From contig CAWBHS010000049.1 of NCBI GenBank assembly GCA_963788655.1, forward strand, positions 32,001 to 96,000: a stretch of DNA of 64,000 bases, read 5' to 3'. The first letter of the stretch is position 1, and every line of letters starts with the position of its first letter. Positions 21,257 to 33,017 of this stretch are shown piece after piece. Under the pieces are notes generated by a model that was given only the letters and a program-made list of their open reading frames with translations, was not told where the DNA came from and made no database searches. Source of the stretch: an uncultured Verrucomicrobiae bacterium. GTDB taxonomy: Bacteria; Verrucomicrobiota; Verrucomicrobiia; Limisphaerales; JAFGQR01. A program made the translations under genes and the position numbers.

Positions 21257-21284
21257 ACTACGTTACGGGTGCCAGCATCCCTCA
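21257..21284 (-). promoter_or_regulatory. Putative ECF sigma promoter, copy 1
   Basis: TGAGGGATGC-N12-CGTAGT, same spacing as the copies at 25994 and 34522. Confidence 0.65.
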
Positions 21285-21299
21285 CGAAAACTCGAAGAA

Positions 21300-21440
21300 T
21301 CAAACGGCGGACTCGCCCTCCCGTTCCGTGCGAATCTGGATCGTCTGCTCGATCGGACACACGAAAACGCGGCCATCGTCGTTCTGCCGTGCGGCTATTC
21401 CGGAATGGCATCGAGCGCATTGGCATCCCGCCTTGGCTCC
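21300..21440 (-). pseudogene. P-II family regulator C-terminal remnant
   Basis: DDGRVFVCPIEQTIQIRTEREGESAV resembles the P-II end (GDGKIFV...IRIRTGE.G..A); the N-terminal part is missing or degraded. Confidence 0.6.
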
Positions 21441-21477
21441 TGCCCGCTTGCCGAAATTCAACAAGCCGGTTTCGGGT

Positions 21478-21705
21478 TTACCCACCCCGCAAGGTCTTCA
21501 GTTGCTCTTCGTATTGGTCCTTGGTGATTTCACCGCGGGCGAAGCGTTCCTTCAGTATCTCCTCGGCGGACGGCCTCCGGGTCGATGACGAATGCCGCGC
21601 CAGATTGATGACGAACACGACAATCGCCACCACCGCAATTACGATGAGGAGCCAGAATAACCACATCCAACCCATGCTCATTCCACTCCAGTCGTGCATA
21701 TTCAT
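21478..21705 (-). CDS. Small membrane protein with SHOCT domain
   Basis: Met/Trp-rich N-terminus, one TM, SAEEILKERFARGEITKDQY. Confidence 0.85.
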   Translation of the reverse strand: MNMHDWSGMSMGWMWLFWLLIVIAVVAIVVFVINLARHSSSTRRPSAEEILKERFARGEITKDQYEEQLKTLRGG

Positions 21706-21824
21706 TCCTCCATTTGTGACCGCAAAAGTTGAACTCTCATGTTTTGCATAGTGCTTTGTCCTTTCGTCAGTTGATGTCGCTGTCGGTTGCTTTGGGATTG
21801 GCCATTGGAGATTTTCGGAAATTG

Positions 21825-24270
21825 TCAGAGTGCCGTCTTCCGCAACCGCAGGGCGTTGCCGACGACCGACACCGAACTGAAGCTCATGGCGGCGCCGGCA
21901 ATCATGGGGTTGAGCAACAACGCCAGGAAGGGATACAGCACGCCGGCGGCAATCGGGATGCCGATCGCATTGTAGAAGAAGGCGAAAAAGAGGTTCTGCC
22001 GAATGTTCCGCATTACCGCCCGGCTCAGGTGAAAGGCCTTGGCAATGCCCATTAGGTCGCCTTTGACCAGCGTGATGCCTGCGCTCTCGATGGCCACGTC
22101 CGTGCCGGTGCCCATCGCCACCCCCACGTCAGCCGCCGCCAGGGCGGGCGCGTCATTGATGCCATCGCCAGCCATTGCCACCACGGCGCCCTGACGCTTG
22201 AGTTGTTTGACGATCTCGTGTTTCTCCTGCGGCATGACCTCGGATTTCACCTCGTCTATGCCCAATTCGCTTGCCACGGCTTCGGCGGTCTTCCGGTTGT
22301 CACCGGTACAGCATGATTATTTTGATGCCGAGTTGGTGCAGCGTCTGGATGGCTTCGCGGGTCGAGTCCTTGATCGGATCGGCAATGCCCAACAGCCCCA
22401 GGGCGTGATCGCCTTGGGCCACCCAGACGACCGTTTGGGCTTTTTCCTGGAGCGCGAGCGCGCGTTGGCTGAGTAGGTCGGTAATACTCACGCCGGCCTC
22501 ACGCAGGAACTTTTCTTTGCCCACACGCACCAGATCGCCCTGGATCTTGCCCTGCACGCCGCCACCGGTCGTGGACTCGAAGGCGTCCACGGACTCGAGT
22601 TGAATCTCCTTTTCCTTGGCCGCGTCCACAATCGCCCGAGCCAAAGGATGTTCGCTTTGTTGTTCGATGGAGGCCGCGAGCTGCAGGAGTTTCTTGTCGT
22701 CCAACTCTGCGGCAGGAACCATGTCGGTGATCTTTGGTTTGCCGGCGGTCAGGGTACCGGTTTTGTCGGTAACGAGGTGGGTTACCTTTTCAGTGCGTTC
22801 GATGGCTTCGGCGTTCTTGATCAAAATCCCCGATTGCGCCGCCCGGCCGACGCCAACCATGATGGACATCGGCGTGGCCAGGCCCAAGGCGCAAGGGCAG
22901 GCGATGATCAGCACGGACACGGCGTTGACCAGCGCGTAAGCCAGCGCAGGTACCGGTCCCCATAAGGCCCAGACAATGAACGTCAGAATGGCCGCGCCAA
23001 TGACCGCCGGCACGAAATAACCAGCGACTGTGTCCGCGAGCTTTTGAATTGGCGCCCGGCTGCGCTGCGCCTCCGAGACCATCTGGACGATTTGCGCCAG
23101 CAACGTTTCGCTCCCGACCTTCTCCGCGCGCATGAGAAACGCCCCGGTCTGATTTACGGTCGCGCCAATGACCTGGTCGCCCGCGCCTTTGCTCACCGGG
23201 ATGGGTTCGCCGGTGATCATCGACTCGTCCAGGTTGCTTATACCTTCAATGATGACGCCGTCCAACGGCACCTTTTCGCCGGGCCGGACGCGGAGTTGGT
23301 CGCCTTTCTGGAGTTCGTCAACCGGAACCTCTTCCTCCTGACCGTTCCGAACCCGGTGGGCCGTTTTGGCGGCCAGGCCGAGCAACGCTTTGATGGCCTG
23401 GCCGGTGCGGCTGCGCGCCTTGGCCTCGAGCATTGGCCCATCAACACCAACACGGTGATCACCGCCGCGGCTTCAAAGTAAAGCCCCACCTCGCTGCCGT
23501 GCCGAAATGACGCCGGAAAGATTTGCGGGAATACCACCGCCACGGCGCTGTAAAAGTAAGCTGCGCCCACGCCCACCATGATCAACGTGAACATATTCAG
23601 GCTGCGATTGACGATGGATTTCCAACCGCGCACAAAGAACAGACTGCCCGCCCACGAAGACCACCGGTGTCGTCAAGGCGAATTCGATCCATTTGGAAAT
23701 ACCCCTGGGGATGACGGCCTCCACATCAAGGCCCAACCAACCGCCCATCGCGATCAGTAACACTGGAATGGTGAGCCCCAGCCCAATCCAAAACTTGCGT
23801 GCCAGCGAGCGGATTTCCGCATCGTCCGCCGTCGGCGTAGCCACCGTCTTCGGTTCGAGCCGCATCCCGCATTTCGGACAATCTCCCGGATGGTCCTGCT
23901 CGATTTCCGGGTGCATGGGGCAAGTGTAGATGGTCCGGCGTCGAGGCGGGCGCGGGCGTTATCGACTCGAGCGCCATGCCGCATTTGGGGCAATCGCCGG
24001 GCTCATCCGAAACCACTTCCGGATGCATCGGGCAAGTGTAGCGACCTCCACTCGCCCGAGGCGGATCCGCATCCATTGCGCCGGGAAAATACTTTTGCGG
24101 TTCAGTGCGGAATTTTTCCAGGCAGTGTTGGCTGCAGAGTAGTAGGTGGTGTCCAGGTGCTCCTGAGTTCCGGCGGCATCTTCCGGCCGGATCTCCATAC
24201 CACAAACGGGATCTTTTCTGGTTCTTTTAGTGTTTGTTCCGGGTTTGGCGTTTTTCATTGATGTGCTCAT
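21825..24270 (-). CDS. copA: Cu(I)-transporting P1B ATPase with YHS and two YTCPMHP domains (several frameshifts)
   Basis: KDPVCGM, 2x [38 protein letters not shown] and MSFSS, spread over consecutive frames. Confidence 0.88.
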
Positions 24271-24504
24271 TGTTAAGTTGGGTTGCAGTCAACCTGAAGA
24301 TCATCGTTTCATAGCGCTCAAAAACGTGCGGGTACCAGCCGTCGGCCACATCTTCGCACAATCTTTGTCCCTCACGGCCCGCGGTAACGTTTTCGAATTG
24401 GTCCGCGACCATTCTTATTAAAAAGACTACCTTCTCTCGCTTGAAAAGCAAAAACCACCGCCCTCACTATCGCCGTTCCACCGCCCAATGCTTGCCGCGT
24501 CAGT

Positions 24505-25089
24505 TCAGGTGAGCAACGGGGCCAACGTCTTGCGCAATTCTATGCGGGCGCGGTAAATGCGCATTTCCACCGCTTTGGCCGTGCAGTGGAGTATCTCGCC
24601 GATTTCCGCCTGCGAATGGCCTTCATATTCGGCGAGGATGAGCGGCGTGCGCAAGTCCTCGGGCAACGCCGCCACGGCGTTCCGCACCATGGTTTCACGT
24701 TCTTCTGCCATCAGGGTTTCCCGGGGATTGGCTTGCGTTTCCGTGAGCGTTGCTGCCAGCGTCTGACCGGATCCCGGATGCTCGGCTTCGAGCGATACCT
24801 CCGGACGTCGCCGTCGCCAGCGCATGCGATCGCGCGCCAGGTTGGTGGCAATCGTGTAGAGCCAGGTCGAGAATTTGTGGCGGGGCTGATATTCGGTCCG
24901 GTGCTGATAGACGCGGACAAAACTTTCCTGGGCCAAATCGTTGGCTTCCGCCTCGTCATGCATCAGGCGCAGGAGGTAATGAAACAACCGCGGGCCATGC
25001 CGTTCCATCAAATCATTCAGGCTGGCGTCATGTCCCGCCGCCAACCGTTCCATGTCCTGCCGGTCCAGGTCCTCAATGGGCGTGGTCAT
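24505..25089 (-). CDS. ECF sigma-70 factor (CnrH-like context)
   Basis: DLAQESFVRVY, FSTWLYTIATNLARD, SQAEIGEIL, VEMRIYRAR. Confidence 0.92.
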   Translation of the reverse strand: MTTPIEDLDRQDMERLAAGHDASLNDLMERHGPRLFHYLLRLMHDEAEANDLAQESFVRVYQHRTEYQPRHKFSTWLYTIATNLARDRMRWRRRRPEVSLEAEHPGSGQTLAATLTETQANPRETLMAEERETMVRNAVAALPEDLRTPLILAEYEGHSQAEIGEILHCTAKAVEMRIYRARIELRKTLAPLLT

Positions 25090-25570
25090 GCGCGGGGGGC
25101 TCCTGACCGACGCGGGGAAGCATGGTTGGATGGGTGGGGCTGAGCGTCTGCGCTTGCATCCAGGCGAGATAACGGCGGCCTTGTTCCGGGGGCATGGCCT
25201 GGCTGACGGCAAAAAAATGTTTCAGCATCGCGGTCTGGCATTCGCGCCGCAGTTGCGCGGTTTCGCCCAGGACCTGCTCGATTTGCGGGGTCACGTTGGT
25301 CGAAACGGCCAACAACCCGGCCAGTTCGCGATTCTTCTCATCGATGCGCTGGCACATCTTGGCGCACACGGGCTTGTAGGCTTCGTGCAGTTGGCGCACG
25401 CGGGCGAAGTCAGCGTCATTGAGGTGAAATTCCTTTTTGATCCAGGCCAGTTCAACGCCGGCGTGCGCGCAGAGGGCGCGGTAGCTGGCGACGCGACTGA
25501 GGTAAATCCCCGCACCGCCGCCCAGGGCGAGCACCAAACCCAACAGCGTAATGACGCCCGAACGTTTCAT
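25073..25570 (-). CDS. Periplasmic heavy-metal sensor (CnrX/ZraP-like)
   Basis: N-terminal TM, WIKKEFHL, HEAYKPVCAKMC, CQTAMLKH, His-rich tail; lies between anti-sigma and sigma. Confidence 0.75.
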   Translation of the reverse strand: MKRSGVITLLGLVLALGGGAGIYLSRVASYRALCAHAGVELAWIKKEFHLNDADFARVRQLHEAYKPVCAKMCQRIDEKNRELAGLLAVSTNVTPQIEQVLGETAQLRRECQTAMLKHFFAVSQAMPPEQGRRYLAWMQAQTLSPTHPTMLPRVGQEPPAHDHAH

Positions 25571-25572
25571 GC

Positions 25573-25920
25573 TTAGGGCCGAAAGGCGGCGGTCGGGGTT
25601 ACCGACTGAACATACGTGGTCTGCCAAGTCCGCTCCGTCGAGTGGGCATATTCTTGGGCTTGCCAGAAGCCGACCGAAAGCCCGGCAGCCAGAAAGAGTC
25701 CCAGATAAGCCACGGCAAAGACTGGCCGCCGAACGGCCAGATCCCACCACCGGATGAGTGGTGCCAACCAACTCATGATACCGGCATTGCTCGGCGCGGT
25801 ATGGGCAATCCGGCGCCAGACATCTTGGGCAAACCGTGGCGGAAGTGGTTCATTGACTTTCCACGTTTGTAGGACCGTGCTCAGTCGCTCATCGCGGTCC
25901 ATATTATCGTTTCGATTCAT
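25573..25920 (-). CDS. Putative anti-sigma factor (CnrY-like)
   Basis: LQTWKV...PPRFAQDVWRRI, single TM, YVQSVTP; first gene of the ECF operon. Confidence 0.7.
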   Translation of the reverse strand: MNRNDNMDRDERLSTVLQTWKVNEPLPPRFAQDVWRRIAHTAPSNAGIMSWLAPLIRWWDLAVRRPVFAVAYLGLFLAAGLSVGFWQAQEYAHSTERTWQTTYVQSVTPTAAFRP

Positions 25921-25993
25921 GATTTCAGCAAACTGATCCGTTATGGTTCCCTTTCCCGTTGTCCCGCGGCCACATGGGCCGCACCGTTATATT

Positions 25994-26021
25994 TATACGT
26001 TCGCCGGGTCCAAATCACTCA
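25994..26021 (-). promoter_or_regulatory. Putative ECF sigma promoter, copy 2 (autoregulatory position)
   Basis: TGAGTGATTT-N12-CGTATA, ~75 nt upstream of the anti-sigma gene. Confidence 0.65.
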
Positions 26022-26161
26022 AGAAAGGTTTGGGTGTTTTCTTCTATAGTCTGCCACAGCCGGACTGGTTTGGCGTGATTGCCGCAGTTCGCTACGGCTA
26101 ACAGAGTCCGCTGGGAGGTATGCTTCAAGCATGGTGGTCGGCAATTGACCTTTGAAGTTCG

Positions 26162-29100
26162 TCATGCCGGCACTTCGGTCACAACCGGCGGTGGCAGTTG
26201 GGTCTGCCGCCGGATGGCCCGCGAACGCCACAGGTAATAGATCGCCGGGAAGACCACCAGTTCCATGATCACCGAGGTGACCACGCCGCCGATCATCGGC
26301 GTGGCGATGCGCTTCATCACGTCGGCGCCCGCGCCGTGGCTCCACATGATCGGCAGCAGGCCGGCAATGATCACCGCCGCCGTCATGGCTTTGGGCCGGA
26401 CGCGCTTGACCGCGCCGTGGTAGATGGCGTCGCGCAGGTCGGCCAGGTGAGCGCATCAGTCCCTTTCTGCGTCCACTCGTCAAAGGCCAGGTCCAGATAG
26501 AGCAGCATGACCACGCCGGTTTCGGCGCTGATGCCGGCCAGCGCAATGAGGCCGATCCAGACCGCGACGCTCAGGTTGTAGTGCAGCCAGTAAAGCATCC
26601 AGATCGAGCCCACCAGCGCGAACGGCACCGCCAGCAGGACGATGGCGGTTTTGATCGCCGAGCGCGTGTTCAGGAAAATGATCAGCGTGATGATGAGCAG
26701 CGTGACCGGCACGACGAGCATCAAGCGTTGCTTGGCGCGCATGCATGTATTCGTACTGGCCGCTCCAGAAGAGGTTGTAGCCGTGCGGCAGGTTGATCTG
26801 GCCTTTGGCGATGGCTTCGTTGCACGGCGTGCTGGGCCATCTGCACGTAGGTGCCGACATCAATGTCTTTGATGTCCACGTAAATCCAGGCGTTGGGCAC
26901 CGGCGCCCTCGCTCTTGATGCCCGCCGGGCCGTCCACCACTTTGAGCGTGGCCAGTTCGCCCAGCGGCACCTGGGCGCCGGTGGGCGTGGGAATGACGAC
27001 CTGGTCGCGCAAGGCCTGCGAGGTCCTGGCGGTAATCCCGGTCGTAGCGCAGGTTGATCGTGTAGCGCTCCAGTCCTTCGACCGTCGTGGTGAGCGGCAT
27101 GCCGCCCAAGGCCACGGCCAGCACGTCCTGCACGTCGCCGAGGGTCAGGCCGTAGCGGGCGATGGCGTCGCGATTGATTTCGAACTCGACGTATTTCCCG
27201 CCCATGACGCGTTCGGCGTAGGCGCTGGTGGTGCCCGGCACCTCGCGGACCACGGCTTCGATTTGCGCGCCGATCCGTTCCAGCGTGGCCAGGTCGGGGC
27301 CGGCCACCTTGATGCCGACCGGCGTCTTGATGCCGGTGGAAAGCATGTCAATGCGCGTCTTGATCGGCATGGTCCAGGCGTTGGCCAGGCCGGGGAACTG
27401 GATCGCGCTGTTCATCGCGTCCACCAATTCGTCCGGCGTGCGCCGGCGGTGGGCGATGACGTTGCCGTCGTCGTCCTTGATGTCCACTGCCGGCCATTCC
27501 TCTTCCGGTTTGAGCATGATGGTGGCTTCGATCATGTTGAGCGGCGCGGGATCGGTGGCGGTGTCCGCGCGGCCGACCTTGCCGAAGACGTGTTTCACTT
27601 CCGGGAAGCGTCTTGATGATCTTGTCGGTCTGCTGCAGCAGTTCGCGCGCTTTGGTGACCGAGATGCCGGGGAAGGTCGTCGGCATGTAGAGCAGGTCGC
27701 CTTCGTAGAGCGGCGGCATGAATTCCGAGCCGAGGTTCTGGATAGGGAAACAACTTCCCGGCCTTGAAGGCCAATTCCTTGACCGGACCATCGGGCAACG
27801 AGTCGCGCGACCAGCCGGTTCCACGGCAGGAACACCCACAGCACGGTGATCGCCGACAGCGCTGACAATCCACCAGCGCCAGCGGATCGACCCAGTCAAT
27901 CAGCGGATGATAGATCCAGATCAGAAACCGGTTGATGGGATTCTTCTCCTCGGGCGGCGATTTTGCCGCGGATGAAATAGCCCATCAACACCGGCGCCAG
28001 CGTGATGGAGAGCAAGCGCCGCCGCGGCCATCGAGTAGGTCTTGGTGAAGGCCAGCGGCTTGAACAGCCGCCCTTCCTGCGCCTGCAGCGTGAACACCGG
28101 CAGGAACGAAACCGTGATCACCAGCAGCGAATAGAACAGCGTCGGCCCGACTTCGACGCGAGGCGTCGCGGATGATCTGCCAGTGCGGCTTTCTTGCCCT
28201 TGTCGTGCTCGAGATGTTTGTGGGCGTTCTCGATCATGATGATGACCGCGTCCACCATCGCGCCGATGGCGATGGCGATGCCGCCCAGCGACATGATGTT
28301 CGAACTGATGCCCTGGCCGATACATGACCAGGAACGAAATCAACACCGCGATGGGCAGGATCACGATGGCCACCAGCGCGCTGCGGAAGTGCAGCAGGAA
28401 CAGCAATGCACACCAGCGCCACCACGAGGCTTTCCTCGAGCAGCTTTTCTTCCAGCGTCTTGACGGCGCGATCAATCAGCGCGGTGCGGTCATAGGCGAT
28501 GGTGTATTGCACGTCCGGCGGCAGCGACTTCATCGCCTGGTCGAGTCGCTTCTTCACGTCCTGGATGACCTGCGCGCGCGTTGGCGCCGTAGCGCACGAC
28601 GACGATGCCGCCGACGGTTTCGCCCTCGCCGTTCAGTTCGGCGATGCCGCGGCGCATTTCGGGTCCGAATTGCACGTTGGCCACGTCGCGCAACAGGATG
28701 GGCACGCCGTTCGCGCCGACGCCCACGGCGACTTTCCGCAAGTCGATCGAGGTTCTGGATGTAGCCTTTGACGCGCAGGATGAACTCGCGTTTCGGCCAT
28801 TTCGATCGTGCGTCCGCCGACCTCGCCGTTGCTGCGCTGGATGGCCATGCTTGACGTGCGACAACGGAAGGTTGTAGGCGCGCAGTTTCACCGGGTCCAC
28901 CGTCACCTGGTATTGCTTCACGAACCCGCCGACCGAGGCGACTTCCGAGACGCCCTGGACGGCGCTCAATTGATATTTCAAATACCAGTCCTGATACGAG
29001 CGCAGTTCCTGCAGGCTGCGGTTGGTGGAGTTGATGGAATACATGAACGCCCAGCCCACGCCCGGTGGCATCCGGACCGAGCGTGGGCGTGACGCCGCGG

Positions 29101-29466
29101 GGCAACTGGCCGCCGATCTGGCTGAGATATTCCAGCACGCGGCTGCGCGCCCAATAGGGATCGGTGCCGTCCTGGAAGATCACATAGACGAACGAGAAGC
29201 CGTAGAACGAATAGCCGCGCACCACCTTGGCTTTGGGCACGGAGAGCATCTTGGTGGTGATGGGATACGTCACCTGGTCCTCGACGATCCGCGGCGCCTG
29301 GCCCGGATATTCGGTGTAAGATGATGACCTGCACGTCCGACAGGTCGGGGATGGCGTCGAGCGGGATGTTCTTCAGGGCATAGACGCCGCCCAGCACCAG
29401 CGCCAGCGTGGCCAGCAGGACGATGAACTTGTTCTTGAGCGAAAAATCAATGATGGCTTTGAGCAT
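26162..29466 (-). CDS. cusA: Second CusA/SilA RND permease (many frameshifts)
   Basis: [75 protein letters not shown] across successive frames. Confidence 0.85.
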
Positions 29467-29596
29467 AACGGCATAGCGGCGTTCGACGTGGGTGGGGAAA
29501 GGAATTGCAGGAGTTGACGGTAGGATGGGATCCCCATGTGATCACGCACATAGGAGTGCGCACCGAAGCGGTGGCTTCCCGATTGGCGCGCCAGCG

Positions 29597-29676
29597 TTTT
29601 GGAGTGCGGCGGTCCTCTGCCGCTATTCGAACGTTGAGACGCCGTTCGAAAGCGCCAGCGGACTGGCGCAGTCCAA
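29597..29676. repeat. REP doublet upstream of RAYT
   Basis: TTTTGGAGTGCGGCGGTCCTCTGCCGCTATT (29597-29627) and inverted AAAGCGCCAGCGGACTGGCGCAGTCCAA (29649-29676). Confidence 0.8.
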
Positions 29677-29755
29677 GAACTGGCGTCGTTTGCTGGGGCC
29701 GACAGGATGCGAAAATCTTCTCGCCAAGTTTGCAGGCGTTCGCCATCCTCACCGC

Positions 29756-30325
29756 ATGCCCCAGCCCCGGACTCCTTGGCCACATGCTCCCACTCATCAA
29801 CTCTCGGTGCGCGGCACGTACTTTGTCACTGCCAGCACCTATCGCAAAGCGCATCACTTCCGGGGCACGGAGCGCTTGCGGGTGTTGCACCGCGGCTTGC
29901 TGACCGTGGCCCGGGACTTTGCCTGGGAAGTCGAGGCTTGGGCGGTGTTCTCGAATCACTATCACTTCGTCGCCCATTCGCCGCCCAACGCCCCCGATGC
30001 CACCTACCTCTCGGACGTGCTGAGTGTGCTGCACGTCAGGACGGCCGCGTGGGTCAACCAACTCGATCATACGCCCGGTCGGCAGGTATGGTTCAATTTT
30101 CGTGAGACGCGGTTGACCTACCAGAAATCCTACCTGGCGCGGCTGAATTATGTGCACCAAAATCCGGTGAAACACGGGCTGGTCCGGGTGGCCAGCCAGT
30201 ATCCGTGGGGTTCGGCACGGTGGTTCGAACGTTCCGCTTCGGCGGCCATGGTGAAAGCCATCTATCGTTTTCGAACCGATCAGGTGCGCGTGGTGGACGA
30301 TTTCGATCCGGCGCCGGAGTGGTGA
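29756..30325 (+). mobile_element. rayT: REP-associated tyrosine transposase (RAYT, Y1/HUH)
   Basis: GTYFVT, AWAVFSNHYH (HUH), QVW, LNYVHQNPVKHGLV...YPWGS; REP doublets on both sides. Confidence 0.88.
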
Positions 30326-30345
30326 GCGTGCGGCGCGCGGATGCG

Positions 30346-30444
30346 AAAGCGGCAGAGGACTGCCGCAGTCCAAAACGCTTCGCGACGTTTGAGCCGGTCC
30401 GAGCGGGCGCCAGCTTTTGGACTGCGGCAGTCCTCTGCCGCTTT
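30346..30444. repeat. REP doublet downstream of RAYT
   Basis: AAAGCGGCAGAGGACTGCCGCAGTCCAAAA (30346-30375) and its exact reverse complement (30415-30444). Confidence 0.85.
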
Positions 30445-30485
30445 CGAACATGAGCCGGGGCACCATTTCTCCAACCACGCCAATG

Positions 30486-32615
30486 TTAGTGTTGAAGCTC
30501 ATGCTCCTTGCGCCAATTCTCCTCCGCGATTTTTCCATGTTTCACCGTGCTGGTGGGCACCAGGTCCATGTCGCACTTGGGGCACTTCCCTGGCTGGTCG
30601 GAAACCACATCGGCATGGCTCGCCATCGGGCAGGTGTAGAGCGTTGGGACCGATGGATTGCTCTTTGAGTCGCCGCGCGGGTTGCCGGACTCGGAGCGGT
30701 TCAGGGGAACCAGTTTCATCCCGCAAATCGGACAATTGCCCGGCTGGGGCTGCTTTACCGAAGGATGCATGGGGCAGGAATAGATTTCAGTTTCCACTGG
30801 GGATGAGCTCAATCCCGGTTTCCAATAGGATCTTTCAAGCGCGGCGACTCCGCTTTGTCTCGTTCCGATGAAGCGGCCGGGGCCGTCAACGGCGGGGTGC
30901 TCATCACTGGAATAAGGGTCATGCCGCACTTGGGGCACTTGCCAGGTTTGGCTTCGTGTACGTCACTGTGTTCCGGCATCGGGCAGGTGTAATACAGGAC
31001 TTTTCCGCCGGGATGCAGTTTTTCAAGCGTGCTCTTCGACACAGGCACCAGCGTCATGCCGCAAATCGGGCATTTGCCGGGATGATCGTATTCAATCGAA
31101 ATGTGCTCGGGCATTGGGCACACATACACCATTGCTGCCGATTCCGAGACTGTATTCACGGGTGCCGCATTTGTGTCGGTGGACGTTACGGAGTCGGCGG
31201 TGGTGGCCTGCTTGGGTTCGATCATTTTCTGGATCGCCTCGCGGAGTTGGCTTTCGGAATCGAGCATGAACTGGCCGGACGTCACCACGCGTTCGCCTTC
31301 TTTAAGCCCGGCGAGCACTGATACATGTCGTTTTCCGCGCGTGGACCGAGCACGACCGTGCGCGGCTCAAACCGTCCGCCATCCAGCGCCACGAAGACCG
31401 TGTTCTTCTGGCCGCTGCGCAGCACCGCGGAATCCGGAACGAGCAAGCGCCGACGGCGCCAATTCGGCATGCAGCTCGACGCTGGCGAACATGCCCGGCT
31501 TGAGGAAGAAGCCGGGATTGTGAAACTCCATCCGCACCCGCACGGTGCGGGTCTTTTCATCCAGGTACGGATAAATGTAGGTGACCCGCCCGCGAAACTT
31601 GCGGTCCGGCAGATAGGACAAGGTCACGACGGCTTCCTGGCCGAGTTTAAGGTAAGGCAGATCCTGTTCGTAAATCTCCGCCTGCACCCAGACCAATCCC
31701 AAGATCGGCCAACCGGTAAATCTTCATGCCGGCATTGACCATCTGTCCTTCGACGATGCGTTTCTCAGTAACAAATCCATCAATGGGCGCGAGGACTTGG
31801 AGCGTCTTCCTAGGTTGCCCGCTCTGGTCCAGTTCGGCGATTTGCTGGTCGGAAATATCCCAGTATTTCAACTTGAGCCGGGCGCTGGCTCGCAGCGCAT
31901 CTTGGCCGGAGTCTTGGCTGGAATTCGCTTCGGAATTCGTGGTGCGACGGGCGAGCAGATACTCGACCTGGGCGCTGTAAAGTTCCGGCGAATAGATTTC
32001 GAACAGCGGATCACCGCGATGCACCTGTTGGCCGGTCGTGTCCACGTAAAGCTTCTCGATCCAGCCCTTGAACTTGGTGGTCACGTCGGCCAGCGCGGCC
32101 TCGTTATAGTGGATGGTGCCCACCGTGCGGATGACCCGGCGCAAGGGGCCGTCGCGTGACGAAGCCCGTGCGGATGCCCATGTTCTGAATGGTGACCGGA
32201 TCAATGACGATGTCGGAGGCCTCCGCGGCGGCCGCTTCATCTTCATAAACCGGCACAAATCCATGCCCATCGGGGATTTGCCCGGCTTGTCGGAGATGTA
32301 AGTCGGGTCCATGGGAGCACGCCAATACTTGATCTTGCGCTCGCCCGAAGGGGCAGCTTTCCCGCTCGTGGCCGCGACCGTTTGCCGTCGCATGGGCGTC
32401 AGGCGCATGCCGCAGATCGGGCAGTTGCCCGGGTGATCCTGAATCACCTGCGGATGCATGCCGCACGTATAGAGCGTCTTGGCTTTCTTGGTGGAGGTGG
32501 CCCCGGCGGACTCATCGCCGGCAGCCTGATTACTCGCCAACCAATAGGTGCCGGCGCCAACGAGGGCCAGCACGGGAAGTCCGATGAACAGGAATCGTTT
32601 CATGCTTGTCGTCAT
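30486..32615 (-). CDS. cusB: Second CusB-like adaptor with ~6 heavy-metal-binding repeats (frameshifted)
   Basis: YTCGMHP, APMDP..GKSPMGMDL, GWIEKLYV, YSPELYSAQ, GQFMLDSESQL, then YVCPM, YTCPM, YSCPMHP, YTCPM. Confidence 0.82.
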
Positions 32616-32754
32616 ATAGTTTTTCAGCGTTCAAGGGGCAAATGCCGTCCACGTTAGCGGAGCCGGTGGCTTGAAGCGACGAATGGCTCCAAGGCATGCC
32701 ATGGTTGTTGCTCAGTCTGCGATGGGTTGCGCCTGTTTTGACGGCCGTCTCCTT

Positions 32755-32925
32755 CCCCCTCACCCCGGCCCTCTCCCCCAGGGAGAGGGAGGGCCCTTCG
32801 CCGCGCTCGACTAGCGGCGAAACGCCCAGACCGCACGAAACGGGGCATCTCCAAACATGGATTCGAATCACAGGTGCGTGTCATCGGCTTTTCCCTCTCC
32901 TGGGGGAGAGGGGCAGGGTGAGGGG
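32755..32925. repeat. REP doublet of the CCCTCACCC..GGGAGAGGG family
   Basis: 32755-32790 and inverted 32893-32925; same family as the repeats at 10.0-10.5 kb. Confidence 0.8.
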
Positions 32926-33017
32926 AGGCGAATGAGGGCGGACGCCGGTTGCGGCAAGGTCGGCCGATACTCCCAACGTGCGTGCATGAAAGTCTTCAGT
33001 AATCAAATTCATGGTAG

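Noticed and set aside
29447..30538. 363-aa minus-strand ORF between cusB2 and cusA2
   Set aside because: Antisense to the RAYT plus REP-derived sequence.
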